Assembly (NCBI RefSeq): GCF_001412615.1
Contig: NZ_CP013011.1
Coordinates: 330,001 to 362,000, forward strand
Source: Pyrodictium delaneyi
GTDB taxonomy: Archaea > Thermoproteota > Thermoprotei_A > Sulfolobales > Pyrodictiaceae
Length of the DNA: 32,000 nucleotides
Direction: 5' to 3'
Shown here: in pieces, positions 31,355 to 32,000 of the stretch
How the letters are laid out: each line of letters opens with the position of its first letter
Numbering within the stretch: the first letter of the stretch is position 1
Made by a program: the position numbers and the translations under genes
Notes under the pieces: model-generated
What the model was told of the DNA's origin: nothing
Databases searched by the model: none
Seen by the model: only the letters and a program-made list of their open reading frames with translations

Positions 31355-32000
31355 GTGGAGCTAGCCCCGCTGTTAAAGCTGGCAGAGGAGCTTGGAGCTG
31401 CTACTGCGAAGTACGAGGAGTTCGTAGAGGAGGAGTTCAAGGCACCCATCTACCACGTAGCAGAGCTACTATTGGTTTACTATAGGCGCACTAGCGAACG
31501 GTTCGAGAAGGCCTTCAAGAAGATGCTAGACAGTCTCTCCGACAGCAAGGCCGCCGTGGTAGCAGCGCATGCTGCCTACTACCGGCGCAGCAACATCGTG
31601 GCTAGCCCACTCGCAGGGTTCATACACCGGCTAGCAGCCAGGGGCGAGGCCTCAGTAGCCATAGTGGACTACGTTGACGACTATTACCACATACTATACC
31701 GGCTCGCCGACCGGGTAGCCCGGGGCGAGACGCCAGAAGTGGCCGGGTTCCAGGTTCTAGACCCGGCTGGCCTCCTATACTGGAGGAGCACACACCACAG
31801 TATAGCCCAGCTCGCCGCGATACACGGGGCCGAGTTCTACGTCTACGCCTCCAAGCATAGTCGTGAGGGGCACCGCCGACTCCTCGCTATGCTCCTCGGC
31901 CAGGAGCCTGAAGAGGGTGGCAGCTTCCACACAGTCTACGTCTCCCACCCCATAACCAGGGTGAGAGCCCGGGCAATACGGGAGGGCAAGCCGCTAGACC
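31355..32000 (+). CDS. Hypothetical protein, 3'-truncated by the window end; not in the supplied ORF track; start uncertain
   Basis: My own translation of frame 2 is open from 31229 to the window end. It reads ...ERLIVVTGVSG-VELAPLLKLAEELGAATAKYEEFVEEEFKAPIYHVAELLLVYYRR...FHTVYVSHPITRVRARAIREGKPLD. The first canonical start is the GTG at 31355 and the next is the ATG at 31523. Confidence 0.5.
   Translation, partial: MELAPLLKLAEELGAATAKYEEFVEEEFKAPIYHVAELLLVYYRRTSERFEKAFKKMLDSLSDSKAAVVAAHAAYYRRSNIVASPLAGFIHRLAARGEASVAIVDYVDDYYHILYRLADRVARGETPEVAGFQVLDPAGLLYWRSTHHSIAQLAAIHGAEFYVYASKHSREGHRRLLAMLLGQEPEEGGSFHTVYVSHPITRVRARAIREGKPLD

Noticed and set aside
30960-31449. Minus-strand ORFs 30960-31193 and 31180-31449
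   Set aside because: Ser/Arg/Ala-rich antisense shadows of the ABC domain and of the untracked downstream plus-strand ORF.
1-32000. Search for CRISPR arrays, IS elements or transposases, integrases, rRNA/tRNA genes and long direct repeats
   Set aside because: I found no regularly spaced repeats, no transposase- or integrase-like translations and no RNA-gene signatures by eye. The short repeats seen are codon-level repeats in low-complexity linkers, for example GCTGTAGTCTCTGC at about 28911 and 28971 in the SBP linker.

Overview
The window reads as chromosomal DNA from a hyperthermophilic crenarchaeon. Supporting signs are archaea-specific genes (phosphopantothenate synthetase, Thi4, NurA, a PaREP1-family protein, a class III signal-peptide pilin, a Trm11-like methyltransferase), TATA-like boxes about 20-30 nt upstream of several start codons, and heavy use of ATA/CTA/AGG codons. 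The style resembles Desulfurococcales/Pyrodictiaceae genomes, but I cannot assign a species without a search.

I support about 31 protein-coding genes, densely packed on both strands. I see no rRNA, tRNA, CRISPR array, transposase or integrase.

Recognisable content:
- Signalling and small enzymes: a zinc-ribbon/FHA signalling protein, a small P-loop kinase, and a DHH/DHHA1 phosphoesterase.
- A hybrid-cluster protein gene (hcp) divergent from an HTH regulator.
- Membrane transport: an MscS channel, TrkH and an MFS transporter.
- Cofactor and RNA metabolism: a thi4-thiC thiamine operon, a THUMP RNA methyltransferase, and archaeal phosphopantothenate synthetase.
- An NMT1/THI5-type ABC importer operon.
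- An orphan DppD-like ATPase and an orphan family-5 solute-binding protein.
- A solitary NurA nuclease paralog.

Most interesting, all hypotheses only:
1. 23.4-27.3 kb: a small secreted beta-rich glycoprotein lies near a SipW-type signal peptidase that carries a large extracytoplasmic extension and is followed by a 4-TM protein. This may be a donor-strand fibre or matrix module.
2. 29.1-32.0 kb: a 701-aa protein fuses an N-terminal domain, a zinc ribbon, a GNAT domain and an ABC ATPase. It is followed by an ORF that is not in the supplied track and has no canonical start before its conserved-looking N-terminus.
3. 10.0-12.3 kb: a 552-aa secreted all-helical coiled-coil glycoprotein sits behind a small Glu/Tyr-rich membrane protein.

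Many track ORFs are antisense or alternate-frame shadows of these genes and are rejected. All family calls come from motif recognition by eye; no database search was run.
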